A stretch of 64,000 bases of DNA, taken from Saccharofermentans sp. Its GTDB lineage: Bacteria; Bacillota; Clostridia; Saccharofermentanales; Saccharofermentanaceae. Made by a program: the position numbers and the translations under genes. Positions 50,071 through 60,045 of the stretch are shown here, in pieces. The notes under the pieces were generated by a model. It was given only the letters and a program-made list of their open reading frames with translations. It was not told where the DNA came from and ran no database searches. How positions within the stretch are numbered: position 1 is the first letter of the stretch; every line of letters begins with the position of its first letter. The DNA is taken from positions 4,188-68,187 of the forward strand of contig JAIKYD010000118.1 in NCBI GenBank assembly GCA_024683485.1. Direction: 5' to 3'.

Positions 50071-50250
50071 TCAGAATGCGGATTCGATCTTTGAGTCATC
50101 AAAACAGAATTCCATTACTTTTTGTCCGTATTCCGTTAGTCCCGCTCTAAAGAGCAGGGCAAGTGCGACAAGGACCGCAACGATGATAACAACTTCAACG
50201 GTTCCCATACCTTTTTTGTTATTCCATCTCATGATCTTTCTCATAGTCAT
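50071..50250 (-). CDS. Flp1-like type IVc pilin (59 aa, absent from the ORF track)
   Basis: MTMRKIMRWNNKKG|MGTVEVVIIVAVLVALALLFRAG...: prepilin G then E+5 and a hydrophobic helix; AAAGGAGG RBS. Confidence 0.85.
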   Translation of the reverse strand: MTMRKIMRWNNKKGMGTVEVVIIVAVLVALALLFRAGLTEYGQKVMEFCFDDSKIESAF

Positions 50251-50258
50251 TTCCTCCT

Positions 50259-51824
50259 TTATAAGCCGAGTGAGATAATTGCGGGTGTCATAGCGACCAT
50301 AAGGACGCTGATAAAATCAAGAGTCATCGGGATTATCATTCCCAAAGCCTCACGTTCCTGTCTTTTGCGCGCGGCATTTCTGCATAAGTTCCAGCATGCC
50401 TGCGACTGCAGATTGAGCATATTAAGTACTTCTGCTGATCCGAGCCTTCCATATCTGGCAATGAGCAATAGAGCTGCCTGCGCTTCCGGAATCTGTATTC
50501 TTAATGAGAACTTCTCAACAGCATCAGAAGCCGGGATACCACTCAGGATCATTGCTCTGAGGTTCTTAATCTCGAGAGACAGACTCTTGTTTTCTTCGAA
50601 TGCTTTTGAACATATTGATATGGCTTTTGGAAGCTGCATTCCGGATTCGAGAAGTGTTGAGATCAAACATAAGAACAAAGGTATATCGCTCATCAGTTCT
50701 TCTCTTTTGCGCTCGACGTCTGATTTGATCTCATATCCTCCCAGAAGAATAACGACTGTGCTGAAAAGAAATGCAAAGAGAGGATTTCTGTTAAGGCTCA
50801 AGAGTATAGAAGCGGACAGAACAAGTGATGCGGTTCCTGCTAATATCTGTTTCTTTAAATACTGTTCGTAAGTAAAGTCCGGATTAACAGAGAGCTCGTT
50901 GAAAAGTTCGTGCCTTGATGTTATGAAACTTGCGGGGAATAATTTTTTTACTAATCCGGTAAGCGGGAGCTTCCGGGTTTTACTGCCGGAAGCGGCAGTT
51001 ACTGCAAGTTCTGATTTATAAGCTTTCCGTCCCTGCTCGTGAGACATGAATTTCAAAAGCATTGCACATGCAACAGTGCATATGCCGAATGCTGCGGCCA
51101 GTATAATTGCTCCGGTTCCGGTGCTCCTGGCCATATCAAGATATTCACGGCTCATATAATTCAATGCGAAAGTAACTCCGAAAGGCATAGCGCACAATAT
51201 TGCAGCTTCAGCATTCTTTCCTGCGTTGGATGCTGCTATCTCACCCTGAACGGCGTTAAGTTCAGACAGCATTTGGCAGGAACTTCTTAAGATAGACAAT
51301 GTGTTATTTCCGATCTCACCTGATATGGCCAGAGCATGGAATACCGGAACAGTCTCGGGAAACCCGATCTGCTGGGCAAATATATTGAGTGACTCTTCAA
51401 GACTTACATGAAGCTTCAGATTGTTTTCAAGATTGATCAGAGGCTTCAGGAGCAATGAACGCTTGCCGAATGTCTTCTCGATGACAGGCCTGATCAGCAG
51501 CAGGGATTTCTCGATGGAATAGCCGCTTGATACACTAGTGCACAATACCTGCAGAAGAACAAGGAGTTGTGTTCTCATATGCCTGTAGTTATTTGAGTAT
51601 ATCTTCTTGGCTGTTTCTTTCCACGGGAAAATGCTGAGCACTATGGCAAGAATAAGCCTGATGGGCTCAGAGGCGATGAAAAGACCTGAGGCGAAGTAAA
51701 CCAGGGCAACAAAAAGCGGATATGCCCATATCATTTTCGCCAGGAAAACAGGGAAGGAGTGACTCTTCTTATGCGCGGTACGCCATTGCATTCTGGATGT
51801 CTTCAGTACTTGCGATACGTTCAA
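50259..51824 (-). CDS. Fused TadB-TadC (two T2SSF domains)
   Basis: Two LxSG..I..(S/A)L / E.L..F..R modules in one ORF; probable TTG start at 51824 after AGGAGGTG. Confidence 0.75.
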   Translation of the reverse strand: MNVSQVLKTSRMQWRTAHKKSHSFPVFLAKMIWAYPLFVALVYFASGLFIASEPIRLILAIVLSIFPWKETAKKIYSNNYRHMRTQLLVLLQVLCTSVSSGYSIEKSLLLIRPVIEKTFGKRSLLLKPLINLENNLKLHVSLEESLNIFAQQIGFPETVPVFHALAISGEIGNNTLSILRSSCQMLSELNAVQGEIAASNAGKNAEAAILCAMPFGVTFALNYMSREYLDMARSTGTGAIILAAAFGICTVACAMLLKFMSHEQGRKAYKSELAVTAASGSKTRKLPLTGLVKKLFPASFITSRHELFNELSVNPDFTYEQYLKKQILAGTASLVLSASILLSLNRNPLFAFLFSTVVILLGGYEIKSDVERKREELMSDIPLFLCLISTLLESGMQLPKAISICSKAFEENKSLSLEIKNLRAMILSGIPASDAVEKFSLRIQIPEAQAALLLIARYGRLGSAEVLNMLNLQSQACWNLCRNAARKRQEREALGMIIPMTLDFISVLMVAMTPAIISLGL

Positions 51825-52965
51825 GTCCTTCACCTCCTTTGTTCCTGTATAGTGTCTTGAGACGGTATTCATGGTCTGCAGGCGGCATGACTTCGCAGAT
51901 CTCGTCTATATATCTTTTGCCTTCGCGGCTCCTCATGATGTGGATAACCAGATTGATTCCCATGGAAACCTGTGTGAGTATTGCGTCATACGGAAGACTT
52001 GAACCCGATAAGATCATTGCGGTAAGACGTTCCATCATCTCAATGCATGAATTGCTGTGACCAGTGCTCATGGAACCCGGGTGTCCGCTTGTCAGGCATG
52101 ACAGAAGATCCGCACTTTCTTTTCCTCTTACCTCGCCAACTATTATCCGGTCCGGACGCATTCTCAGGGATGCCCTTATCATCATGCCGATGTTTACTTC
52201 TCCGGTTCCGTCAGGTCCCGGGAGCCTTGCTTCCATACGGACAAGATTCTCTATGCCCTGAAGATTAAGCTCAGCTGAATCTTCAATCGTGACGATACGC
52301 TCGTTCTTAGGGATGAAATTACTGAGACTGTTCAAAAATGTCGTTTTACCGGAACCAGTACCGCCGCATATGAAGATCGTTCTTTTGTTGCGCACGCATT
52401 CTGCAAGAAAACGTGCAGCTTCCTCGCTTATAAAATCCTGTCTGATCAGCGAGACTATATCGTGTGTTATTCCTGTAAACTTTCTTATCGTTACTGTTGT
52501 CTCTCTGGATATCGGCGGAAGAACGGCATTTGCACGTGACCCGTCGGGAAGTCTCAGATCTGCTATGGGATTTGCCTCATTGAGCGGTCTGTTCTGGTTT
52601 GCAAAAAAGCAGGAGATGCATGTCTTCAGAGATTCCTCGTCTCTGAAAGCCAGATCAGACCTGTAAAGTTTTCCTCCTCTTTCATAGAAGATCTTAAAAG
52701 GTCCGTTTACCATTATCTCGGTGACGGAAGGATCTTCCATCAGAGGTTCGATAACATCGAGACGTCTTAATGAGTTGAACACAGATCTTGCCATCTCGCG
52801 TTTCTCATCCAGGCTCATCTTGTAAGAGGTGTTATCTGAAATAACGTCAGAGATGATCTCCCGGAGCTTCTCATCTGATGGATCGGTTTCTCCGGATATC
52901 GTATTAAGAACACAGTAGGTTATCTGTTCTTTGATGTCAGCAGTATCTGTCCTTGAAGGAGTCAT
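51769..52965 (-). CDS. CpaF/TadA pilus assembly ATPase
   Basis: EIMVNG, GGTGSGKTT, TIEDSAEL, LRMRPDRIIVGEVRG and GH. Confidence 0.95.
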   Translation of the reverse strand: MTPSRTDTADIKEQITYCVLNTISGETDPSDEKLREIISDVISDNTSYKMSLDEKREMARSVFNSLRRLDVIEPLMEDPSVTEIMVNGPFKIFYERGGKLYRSDLAFRDEESLKTCISCFFANQNRPLNEANPIADLRLPDGSRANAVLPPISRETTVTIRKFTGITHDIVSLIRQDFISEEAARFLAECVRNKRTIFICGGTGSGKTTFLNSLSNFIPKNERIVTIEDSAELNLQGIENLVRMEARLPGPDGTGEVNIGMMIRASLRMRPDRIIVGEVRGKESADLLSCLTSGHPGSMSTGHSNSCIEMMERLTAMILSGSSLPYDAILTQVSMGINLVIHIMRSREGKRYIDEICEVMPPADHEYRLKTLYRNKGGEGLERIASTEDIQNAMAYRA

Positions 52966-53870
52966 ACTACGAGTCTCCTTTGAACAATGTTCTCTTCTGC
53001 TGATCTGTGTGTTGTAAAGTCTTCTGCATAATAAACTGAGACGCGCTCCTGTCCCAATGTCCTTGTGATCAGGTTTATGAGTTCTCTCGCGCCAAGATCC
53101 TCGGCTGCGTTTCTTGCAGGCAGAAGGATATAGACTTTATCACAGTTTGCCAGAAGTTCCGGGAGATCATTTGTCCGGAAGCCTTCCATGACTGCCAGGA
53201 CATTGACAGATCTGTTCCTCGAGTGGGCAAGGTCTGCCGCGTGGTTTATCAGTGTAATAGACCGCCCGACACCAAGATCATAAACATCATCGTAGTTTGC
53301 TGTGCTTCCCGGTGTGAGAAATCCGTAATCATCCATATTGCAGTATTTGAGAATGTCTTCCGGAACGAACCGTTTCTGCTTGCAGGCTTCAAGAAGAGCC
53401 GTCATATTACATCCGGAACTCCTGTGCCACAGAGATCTCAGCTTGCTGGTAAAATCCAGCCTGATATTGTAACCGGCATTGTCAGGTCCGGAGTATAGTT
53501 CCCTGATAAAGTTATCTCTTACATCCGAGTAGACGAACGGAATGACGGCGGTTATTGAACCTGTTGTGACAGTTTTTGTAAAAGAGGGTGTGTCTTCCGT
53601 GGGCATTAACAAGGAAATCAGTCTGGCACAGTCAATAATGCCGCCGTCTTCCGTCAGTCTGATGGGTGAGGATATATCAGCGATTTCTTCTTCATCAATA
53701 TTTGCAGGATCATAAAGGACCCTTGTAAAGTCACTGAATCTTTCTTCATAATCCTGTTCATCGATATAGGGATTAACGATGTATGCTTCAGGGTAGAAGC
53801 AGCCGAGCCTCTTTTTGAGAAGCCGGTATATATATTCATTCTTCTCAAAGATCCTGATTGTAAAAGCCAT
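52962..53870 (-). CDS. Degenerate CpaE/TadZ-like protein
   Basis: First gene of the Tad operon; receiver-like N-terminus and ParA-like remnant without Walker A; assignment mostly positional. Confidence 0.45.
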   Translation of the reverse strand: MAFTIRIFEKNEYIYRLLKKRLGCFYPEAYIVNPYIDEQDYEERFSDFTRVLYDPANIDEEEIADISSPIRLTEDGGIIDCARLISLLMPTEDTPSFTKTVTTGSITAVIPFVYSDVRDNFIRELYSGPDNAGYNIRLDFTSKLRSLWHRSSGCNMTALLEACKQKRFVPEDILKYCNMDDYGFLTPGSTANYDDVYDLGVGRSITLINHAADLAHSRNRSVNVLAVMEGFRTNDLPELLANCDKVYILLPARNAAEDLGARELINLITRTLGQERVSVYYAEDFTTHRSAEENIVQRRLVV

Positions 53871-54071
53871 ATCTTTTTCCCCTTAAATTAGTGTTTCTTT
53901 AGCCGGATTGTAAGTCCCCGGACTCTTTGATAAAAGCGACAAAATCCGACAAAAACTGATAAGGCGGAAGCCGGGAAAACGGTTTTCGGAAAAAGTAATA
54001 ATAAGATTAATATTATTAGCGTTCTGCTGACACAATGCTGTTAACGGGAATATTTCGATCCTTTTCAGCAA

Positions 54072-54100
54072 TTGACAAAGAGGGTTCCGATAAGTAAAAT
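54072..54100 (+). promoter_or_regulatory. Sigma-A promoter of metK
   Basis: TTGACA-17 nt-TAAAAT just upstream of the riboswitch. Confidence 0.75.
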
Positions 54101-54126
54101 CGAAACACAAAATAAATAAGTTCATG

Positions 54127-54221
54127 CTTATCAAGAGAGGCTATAGGGACCGGCCCGTTAAGAGCCCGGCAACCGCGGAGAGCAGCGGTGCCAATTCCGG
54201 CAGGGAAACCTGAAAGATGAG
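54127..54221 (+). ncRNA. SAM-I (S-box) riboswitch
   Basis: CTTATCAAGAG...GGGAC.GGCCC...CCGGCAACC...GGTGCCAATTCC...GAAAGATGAG, upstream of metK. Confidence 0.95.
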
Positions 54222-54241
54222 GATCGTTAATATACAACGTC

Positions 54242-54274
54242 AGCCTTCTCCTTTCGGGGGAAGGTTTTTCTTTT
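54242..54274 (+). terminator. Riboswitch-controlled terminator
   Basis: AGCCTTCTCC-TTTC-GGGGGAAGGTT-TTTCTTTT. Confidence 0.85.
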
Positions 54275-54302
54275 ACAAGGCATTGAACGGAAAGGAAAGA
54301 AA

Positions 54303-55493
54303 ATGAGAAATAAAAAAGGAAACTGGCTGTTCACTTCCGAATCAGTAACTGAGGGACATCCCGACAAGATCTGTGATCAGATCTCAGACAGTGTTCTTGA
54401 CGCTATCCTTGAGCAGGACAGTACCGCAAGAGTAGCATGCGAGACTTGCACAACTACAGGCATGGTACTTGTTATGGGTGAGATCACCACATCAGCTTAT
54501 GTTGATATCCCTTCGATCGTAAGAAACAAGATCAAAGAGATCGGCTATAATTCCAGCGACATGGGTTTTGACAGTAATTCCTGTGCTGTTCTTACTTCTA
54601 TCGATGAGCAGTCTCCGGATATAGCTATGGGTGTTAACGAATCCTATGAGGCGCGTCACGGCGGTGAGAAGGAACTTGATACCGGTGCTGGTGACCAGGG
54701 CATGATGTTCGGGTATGCTAACGATGATACTCCTGAATTTATGCCTATGCCGATAGCTCTTGCTCACAGACTTACAAGACGCCTTACAGAGGTGCGTAAG
54801 AACGGTGCGGATTTCTTAAGACCTGACGGTAAATCGCAGGTTACAGTTGAGTATGAGAATGACAAGGTAAAGAGGATTGATGCTGTCGTTATCTCAACAC
54901 AGCACAGTGCTGATGTTACACTCGAATACCTCGAGGATTACATTAAGGAAAATGTTATCAAGACTGTCATTCCTGCTGATCTTATGGATGAGAATACGAA
55001 GATCTATATCAATCCTACAGGCAGATTTGTTGTCGGCGGTCCTCAGGGCGATTCCGGTCTTACGGGAAGAAAGATCATCGTTGATACATACGGCGGATTT
55101 GCTCGTCACGGCGGCGGATGCTTCTCAGGTAAGGACCCGACGAAGGTTGACCGTTCAGCATGCTACATGATGCGTTATGTTGCAAAGAACATCGTTGCTG
55201 CAGGACTTGCTTCCGAGTGCGAAGTCCAGGTTGCCTATGCTATCGGTGTGGCAAAGCCCGTATCAGTAATGGTAGATACGTTCGGCACGGGCAGGATCAG
55301 TGATGAACAGCTCACTGATATTGTTAACAAGGTTTTCGATTTAAGACCTGCAGCGATCATAAGAGATCTTGATCTCAGAAGACCTATCTACAGTCAGACA
55401 GCAAGTTATGGCCATTTCGGCAGAACAGATGTCGAGCTCCCCTGGGAGAGAACGGATAAGGTTGAAGAGCTTAAGAAACTCGCTGGAATCTGA
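54303..55493 (+). CDS. metK: S-adenosylmethionine synthetase
   Basis: [17 protein letters not shown] and GGGCFSGKD. Confidence 0.99.
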   Translation: MRNKKGNWLFTSESVTEGHPDKICDQISDSVLDAILEQDSTARVACETCTTTGMVLVMGEITTSAYVDIPSIVRNKIKEIGYNSSDMGFDSNSCAVLTSIDEQSPDIAMGVNESYEARHGGEKELDTGAGDQGMMFGYANDDTPEFMPMPIALAHRLTRRLTEVRKNGADFLRPDGKSQVTVEYENDKVKRIDAVVISTQHSADVTLEYLEDYIKENVIKTVIPADLMDENTKIYINPTGRFVVGGPQGDSGLTGRKIIVDTYGGFARHGGGCFSGKDPTKVDRSACYMMRYVAKNIVAAGLASECEVQVAYAIGVAKPVSVMVDTFGTGRISDEQLTDIVNKVFDLRPAAIIRDLDLRRPIYSQTASYGHFGRTDVELPWERTDKVEELKKLAGI

Positions 55494-55518
55494 TCACCTG
55501 ACTATAAAAGTCTCAAAT

Positions 55519-55558
55519 GCCCGGTTAGAGTCTCAACTTTAGCCGGGCTTATTGTTTT
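55519..55558 (+). terminator. Intrinsic terminator after metK
   Basis: GCCCGGTTAGAG...CTTTAGCCGGGC-TTATTGTTTT. Confidence 0.65.
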
Positions 55559-55606
55559 CGAAAATCAACTTTGATAGCATTTTGAAAAACTCAAGAAGAG
55601 AAGAGT

Positions 55607-57952
55607 ATGAAGAAAGAGCCAAAAGACAATAAGGTCTTCACTTTGTCGGTATCTGATATCGGCACTGAGATCGAAGATAAAAAGGTAACCTGCATTAAGG
55701 TTTTCTGTCCAAGGAAGGCGAATGATTTCGTTTCTTTTTTGTGCGACGGAAGATTTACCGTGGCAGGCAGATCCAAGGTTGATATTGTCGAGGGCGGGAC
55801 ATATATAATCTCCGGCAAGGTAACCGAGTGGAACAACCGGCCACAGGTTACTTTAAAGAAGATACGTGTTGATGATGAAGCGGGGGATACGCTTCTTGTT
55901 GCATCTTTTCTTGCTGACAATATAAGCGGGCTTGGAAAGACCATAGCAGAATCTTTAGCGGAAAAGTTTGGAACTGATATCCTTAAGGTATTGACTGAGA
56001 CTCCTGAACTGGCTTCTTCGGAGATTGCCAGACTGTCTCCGGCCAAAGCGTTGGCGATCTGCGACAGCATCACACAGGAATATGAGTTTTTTGAACAGGG
56101 TCTCGAAGCAAAACTGATGGGTTTTTCGCAGGCTCAGATCAAGGCTTTGAAGAATCTTGATAAGCTCGATTGCGGTGATATCAGAAAAGCTCCTTTCGGA
56201 CTTATGGGGCAGGGAATATGCGGATTTGAACTCCTTGACAGGATCGCTCTTGGAGAAGGGGTATCTCCTGTTGCTCCTGAACGTATCGCGGCGGCACTAT
56301 ACCAGGCCTGTATGTATCTTCATGAAGAAACCAAGTCAACCGCACTGAAGCCCCAGGCAGTCAGGAAAAGAGCTTTGGAATATGTTAATACCCATGAATC
56401 AAAACTCACGTCAGAACAGTTCTCTGAGGTGTTCAGGGCGGGTGCATCACTTGCCGTAAAAGATAAAAAGATCGCAGTTTACAAATATGATGACGGTAAG
56501 TGTGCCGTGTGTGATGTTGAGGATCCTGAAGCACGCTTTGCAACCATGAGTTACTTTTCATCAGATCTTGCGATCGAGAGAAGGATCAACGAGATGCTCA
56601 AGACGAAGACCAATCCGCCTTCAAGAGTTGAGAGCGACAGGATAATGAGGGAGGTCGCATCTGATCTTGGCATCATTCCGGACAGATCCCAGCTTGATGC
56701 ACTGTATTTATGCATGCACAGCCCGATAAGTGTTATTACCGGTGGCCCGGGAACCGGCAAAACGACTATTATGGGTGTGCTTGGGGAATACTTCAGAAGA
56801 AATCGTATAAGCTGTGTGTTTGCAGCTCCGACCGGAAGAGCTGCGAAGAAGCTGTCAGAGGCATGCGGGAGCGAGGCTTCCACTATCCACAGGCTTCTTG
56901 GTGTTAGAAGAACCATAAATGCCGATGATGATACGCTTCCGGATGACAGGGCGTCGCATTACAACAGTCTCCTTTTTGTTCATGGTAAAGATAATCCGAT
57001 AATTTGCCGGGTTATAGTTATTGATGAGATGTCTATGGTCGATACCATGCTCTTCCGTCATCTTCTTGATGCAACGGATAAAGGAACTTCACTTATCCTT
57101 GTAGGTGACCCTGACCAGCTACCGTCTGTAGGGTGCGGTGATATCTTAAGAGATCTTTTGTCCTGTGAGTCTATTCCGAAAATAAGACTTGATGCTCTTC
57201 ACAGACAGACAGATGGCGGTTCTATCGCAGTAAATGCGGGACTTATCCTCAATGGAGAAGAACCTGCGGAAAAAGGTGATGACTTTGAGATCATCAGCTG
57301 CAGCAGTGAAGATGAAGCCCAGGAAACGATTGCCCGGCTTGTAATGGAACATAAAGATGAGGACCTTATCTGTCTTACACCGACCAAGAACGAGAACGTG
57401 GCATTGGGTACAGTCCAGCTCAACAGGCTTATACAGGCGCTTGAACAGAAAGATGATCTTAAAGTTCTTAAAAGAGGTCAGAGCCTGGTTCTTCATGTCG
57501 GTGACAAAGTTATGCAGAACAAGAATGATTACTCCACAGAATGGATAGATCCTGTAACAGGAGAAGTCATGCAGGGTATATTCAACGGCGAATTGGGAGT
57601 GATAAGTGACATCGATCCGCTGAAGGGAAGCATTACCATATCTTTTGATGAAGGCAAGACTGCAGAGTATAAGGGTAAACTGCTGGAAAACATAGATCTG
57701 GCTTATGCCGTCACTGTCCATAAATCACAGGGATGTGAATTTGACAGGGTAATAATCGCATTGGGCAAGATGAATGCCCTGCTTTATAAACGCAGTCTGC
57801 TCTATACGGCTGTTACAAGGGGCAAGATGAACGTTACTATCGTTGAATGTGAAGGAACGCTCAGCAAGTTCCTGAGAGCGCCCAAGGGTGAGATAAGAGA
57901 AACCTGCTTAAGAGATCTTCTAAAGACGGTTGATCACCGAAGGAATAAATAA
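55607..57952 (+). CDS. RecD2-like SF1B helicase
   Basis: GGPGTGKTT, APTGRAA, DEMSM, GDPDQLPSV, TVHKSQG and YTAVTR; N-terminal OB/HhH region. Confidence 0.92.
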   Translation: MKKEPKDNKVFTLSVSDIGTEIEDKKVTCIKVFCPRKANDFVSFLCDGRFTVAGRSKVDIVEGGTYIISGKVTEWNNRPQVTLKKIRVDDEAGDTLLVASFLADNISGLGKTIAESLAEKFGTDILKVLTETPELASSEIARLSPAKALAICDSITQEYEFFEQGLEAKLMGFSQAQIKALKNLDKLDCGDIRKAPFGLMGQGICGFELLDRIALGEGVSPVAPERIAAALYQACMYLHEETKSTALKPQAVRKRALEYVNTHESKLTSEQFSEVFRAGASLAVKDKKIAVYKYDDGKCAVCDVEDPEARFATMSYFSSDLAIERRINEMLKTKTNPPSRVESDRIMREVASDLGIIPDRSQLDALYLCMHSPISVITGGPGTGKTTIMGVLGEYFRRNRISCVFAAPTGRAAKKLSEACGSEASTIHRLLGVRRTINADDDTLPDDRASHYNSLLFVHGKDNPIICRVIVIDEMSMVDTMLFRHLLDATDKGTSLILVGDPDQLPSVGCGDILRDLLSCESIPKIRLDALHRQTDGGSIAVNAGLILNGEEPAEKGDDFEIISCSSEDEAQETIARLVMEHKDEDLICLTPTKNENVALGTVQLNRLIQALEQKDDLKVLKRGQSLVLHVGDKVMQNKNDYSTEWIDPVTGEVMQGIFNGELGVISDIDPLKGSITISFDEGKTAEYKGKLLENIDLAYAVTVHKSQGCEFDRVIIALGKMNALLYKRSLLYTAVTRGKMNVTIVECEGTLSKFLRAPKGEIRETCLRDLLKTVDHRRNK

Positions 57953-58773
57953 TGGGAAAAACTTGCGGTAATCGTGACAGGACCGCGGCGCGGAATGCGG
58001 TATCAGATGAGATGAGAGAAGTGTTCAGAGGAGCAGCGGATCTTATCCTGCCTTACAGATGTGAGATCTGCGGCGATGTGTCTGACACAGAAGACCGTTT
58101 TGGAAACTATGCCGTTCTGTACAAAAATCTGTATTCCCAAGATCCTGAACTCCATATCTGCGGCAAGTGTCTGTCTTCCATCAATGTTTCAGAAGAAGAT
58201 AAAAGATGGTTCCTCTGCCTTTCTAATCCTGTTGGAAACGATCCGTGTCCCGGGCTGGCCCTCTATATGCCTTTTACATATAAGGGCCTTGTTGAACGTG
58301 CCATTCCGAAGATCAAGTTTGGCGGAAAGATCGAACTTGCCAGACTGTTTGGATGTCTGCTGGGTTCTGCTCTGTCTAATGAACATATTAGTGCAGATCT
58401 TATAGTTCCGGTTCCGTTATCACCGGAACGGCTGGCAGAAAGAGGATTTAATCAGGCTTCTGAGATTGCATATCCTGTGGCTAAACTTAATAACATACCG
58501 TTTGCTGATGATGTCCTTGTAAGGATCAAGGAAACAAAAAGACAGTCGGAAATAAGGGACATTAACAAAAGAGCTTTTAATGTATCAGGTGCGTTCGGCG
58601 TGAGTGACAACTGGGATGTGACCGGCATGACCGTAATAGTCGTGGATGATGTGGTGACGAGCGGTGCCACTCTTCATGAGGCTGCTGTTGCACTTTATAA
58701 TGCAGGTGCTTCAAAAGTGTTATGTGCTGCTTTTGCCGGAAATAGAAATGTGAAGAATGCAGAGCCATTCTAA
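57952..58773 (+). CDS. ComF-family protein (zinc ribbon + PRTase)
   Basis: CxxC pairs, VPVPL...RGFNQA and VDDVVTSGAT. Confidence 0.92.
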   Translation: MGKTCGNRDRTAARNAVSDEMREVFRGAADLILPYRCEICGDVSDTEDRFGNYAVLYKNLYSQDPELHICGKCLSSINVSEEDKRWFLCLSNPVGNDPCPGLALYMPFTYKGLVERAIPKIKFGGKIELARLFGCLLGSALSNEHISADLIVPVPLSPERLAERGFNQASEIAYPVAKLNNIPFADDVLVRIKETKRQSEIRDINKRAFNVSGAFGVSDNWDVTGMTVIVVDDVVTSGATLHEAAVALYNAGASKVLCAAFAGNRNVKNAEPF

Positions 58774-58814
58774 ATTAAGCTCTCATGAATACTGCTCGCT
58801 AGAGGAGCACCCGT

Positions 58815-59855
58815 TTATCCGAGCTGGATAACGCCGGTGACTCTGATGATAAATGAGATCATTAAATAGAGGAAATTGACGATCAGTGCTGCGAGAACCA
58901 GAGTGAGCCACACGCGCTTAACGCTGAATTTCCTGTTCTTGCGGAGTTCGTCGTGAAGAGGCGTGGTTATGCTTTTAAACAGTATGATCTTTTTCTTTGT
59001 GAGTCTTCCCACTGTGATCTTTAAGATGGAGATACCGCCGTCGCAGAGGAAGGGGAGACCTACAATAAGATAAAGGAAGGGGATACGGCAGTAGATCAGG
59101 AAGAAGGCTATAAAGAAACCTAATGATCTTGAACCAGCATCGCCCATGAGCATTTTCGATGGATTAAAGTTAAAGATGAGATAAGCAATGAGAGCCGGAA
59201 CAAAAGATGCGGTGATCAGTGCAGGGTTAGCATCAGGAAGCGTTCCTGCTAAGGCCCCCGCGATAAATGTGGTGACTACGGCAATGACTGAGAGCGAACC
59301 GGAAAGACCGTCTATACCGTCAGTGGCATTGGTGGCGTTGATCGATACGACCAGCAGTATTACTGCAAGGATATAGTACAGGACGGGGTTAATATCGAAA
59401 TATGATCCGGTGACTGCGATATAAACGCGTGTTCCGAAAAAATGAACGCAAATAAAAGCTCCGACAAGTGATACAACAAAATCAAGAGCACCTTTGATGT
59501 ACTCATTCCAAGGGTCTTTAGATCTGTCATCGAGCCATCCTGTGACCATTTCCGCCAAAACCGCGAGGAGTCCGAATCCCAAACCGGATATGGTGTTGCC
59601 ACTCTCGAAAATGCCTTTCCCGGTTGTTTCCGGAGCAATAACAAAACACAAAACCGCTGAGACAAGCAGGAATACCAGAATAAAATAGAAACCTACACCA
59701 GTGGGTTTGCCGATGTTTACCTCTGCGCCCTGGGCGAATTTGCGCCCGCGGTCATGACCCAATAAGACCATCTCGCCCGGCAGGAATTTGAGAAGTATAA
59801 ATGTGATGGCAAAGGAGACAAGGCAACCGATAACCAGCTTACATGTGAAAAGCAT
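58815..59855 (-). CDS. mraY: MraY-family phospho-N-acetylmuramoyl-pentapeptide transferase
   Basis: KPTG, GWLDD, NATDGIDGL, MGDAGS and TPLH; start uncertain (59855 or 59888). Confidence 0.75.
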   Translation of the reverse strand: MLFTCKLVIGCLVSFAITFILLKFLPGEMVLLGHDRGRKFAQGAEVNIGKPTGVGFYFILVFLLVSAVLCFVIAPETTGKGIFESGNTISGLGFGLLAVLAEMVTGWLDDRSKDPWNEYIKGALDFVVSLVGAFICVHFFGTRVYIAVTGSYFDINPVLYYILAVILLVVSINATNATDGIDGLSGSLSVIAVVTTFIAGALAGTLPDANPALITASFVPALIAYLIFNFNPSKMLMGDAGSRSLGFFIAFFLIYCRIPFLYLIVGLPFLCDGGISILKITVGRLTKKKIILFKSITTPLHDELRKNRKFSVKRVWLTLVLAALIVNFLYLMISFIIRVTGVIQLG

Positions 59856-60045
59856 TATATACCCTCGCTCATAAGGTTTCTTCAACATGGGACAGGCTGA
59901 TCACCGATCAACTCTTCCCTAAGGCATTATACATTAACAGTATTTAGATAAAAATCAATAAATCGTTCAATAAATCAGTCCCGTATGTCGGGAAGTATTG
60001 GCAAAAATATGTTAACATAGTCACTTGTAATAAGGAGAAAAAGAT

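Noticed and set aside
53871-54070. c-di-GMP riboswitch upstream of the Tad operon
   Set aside because: No GEMM-type GGCAAA...GACGCAAA motif on the minus strand; only short CGACAAAA repeats of unclear meaning.
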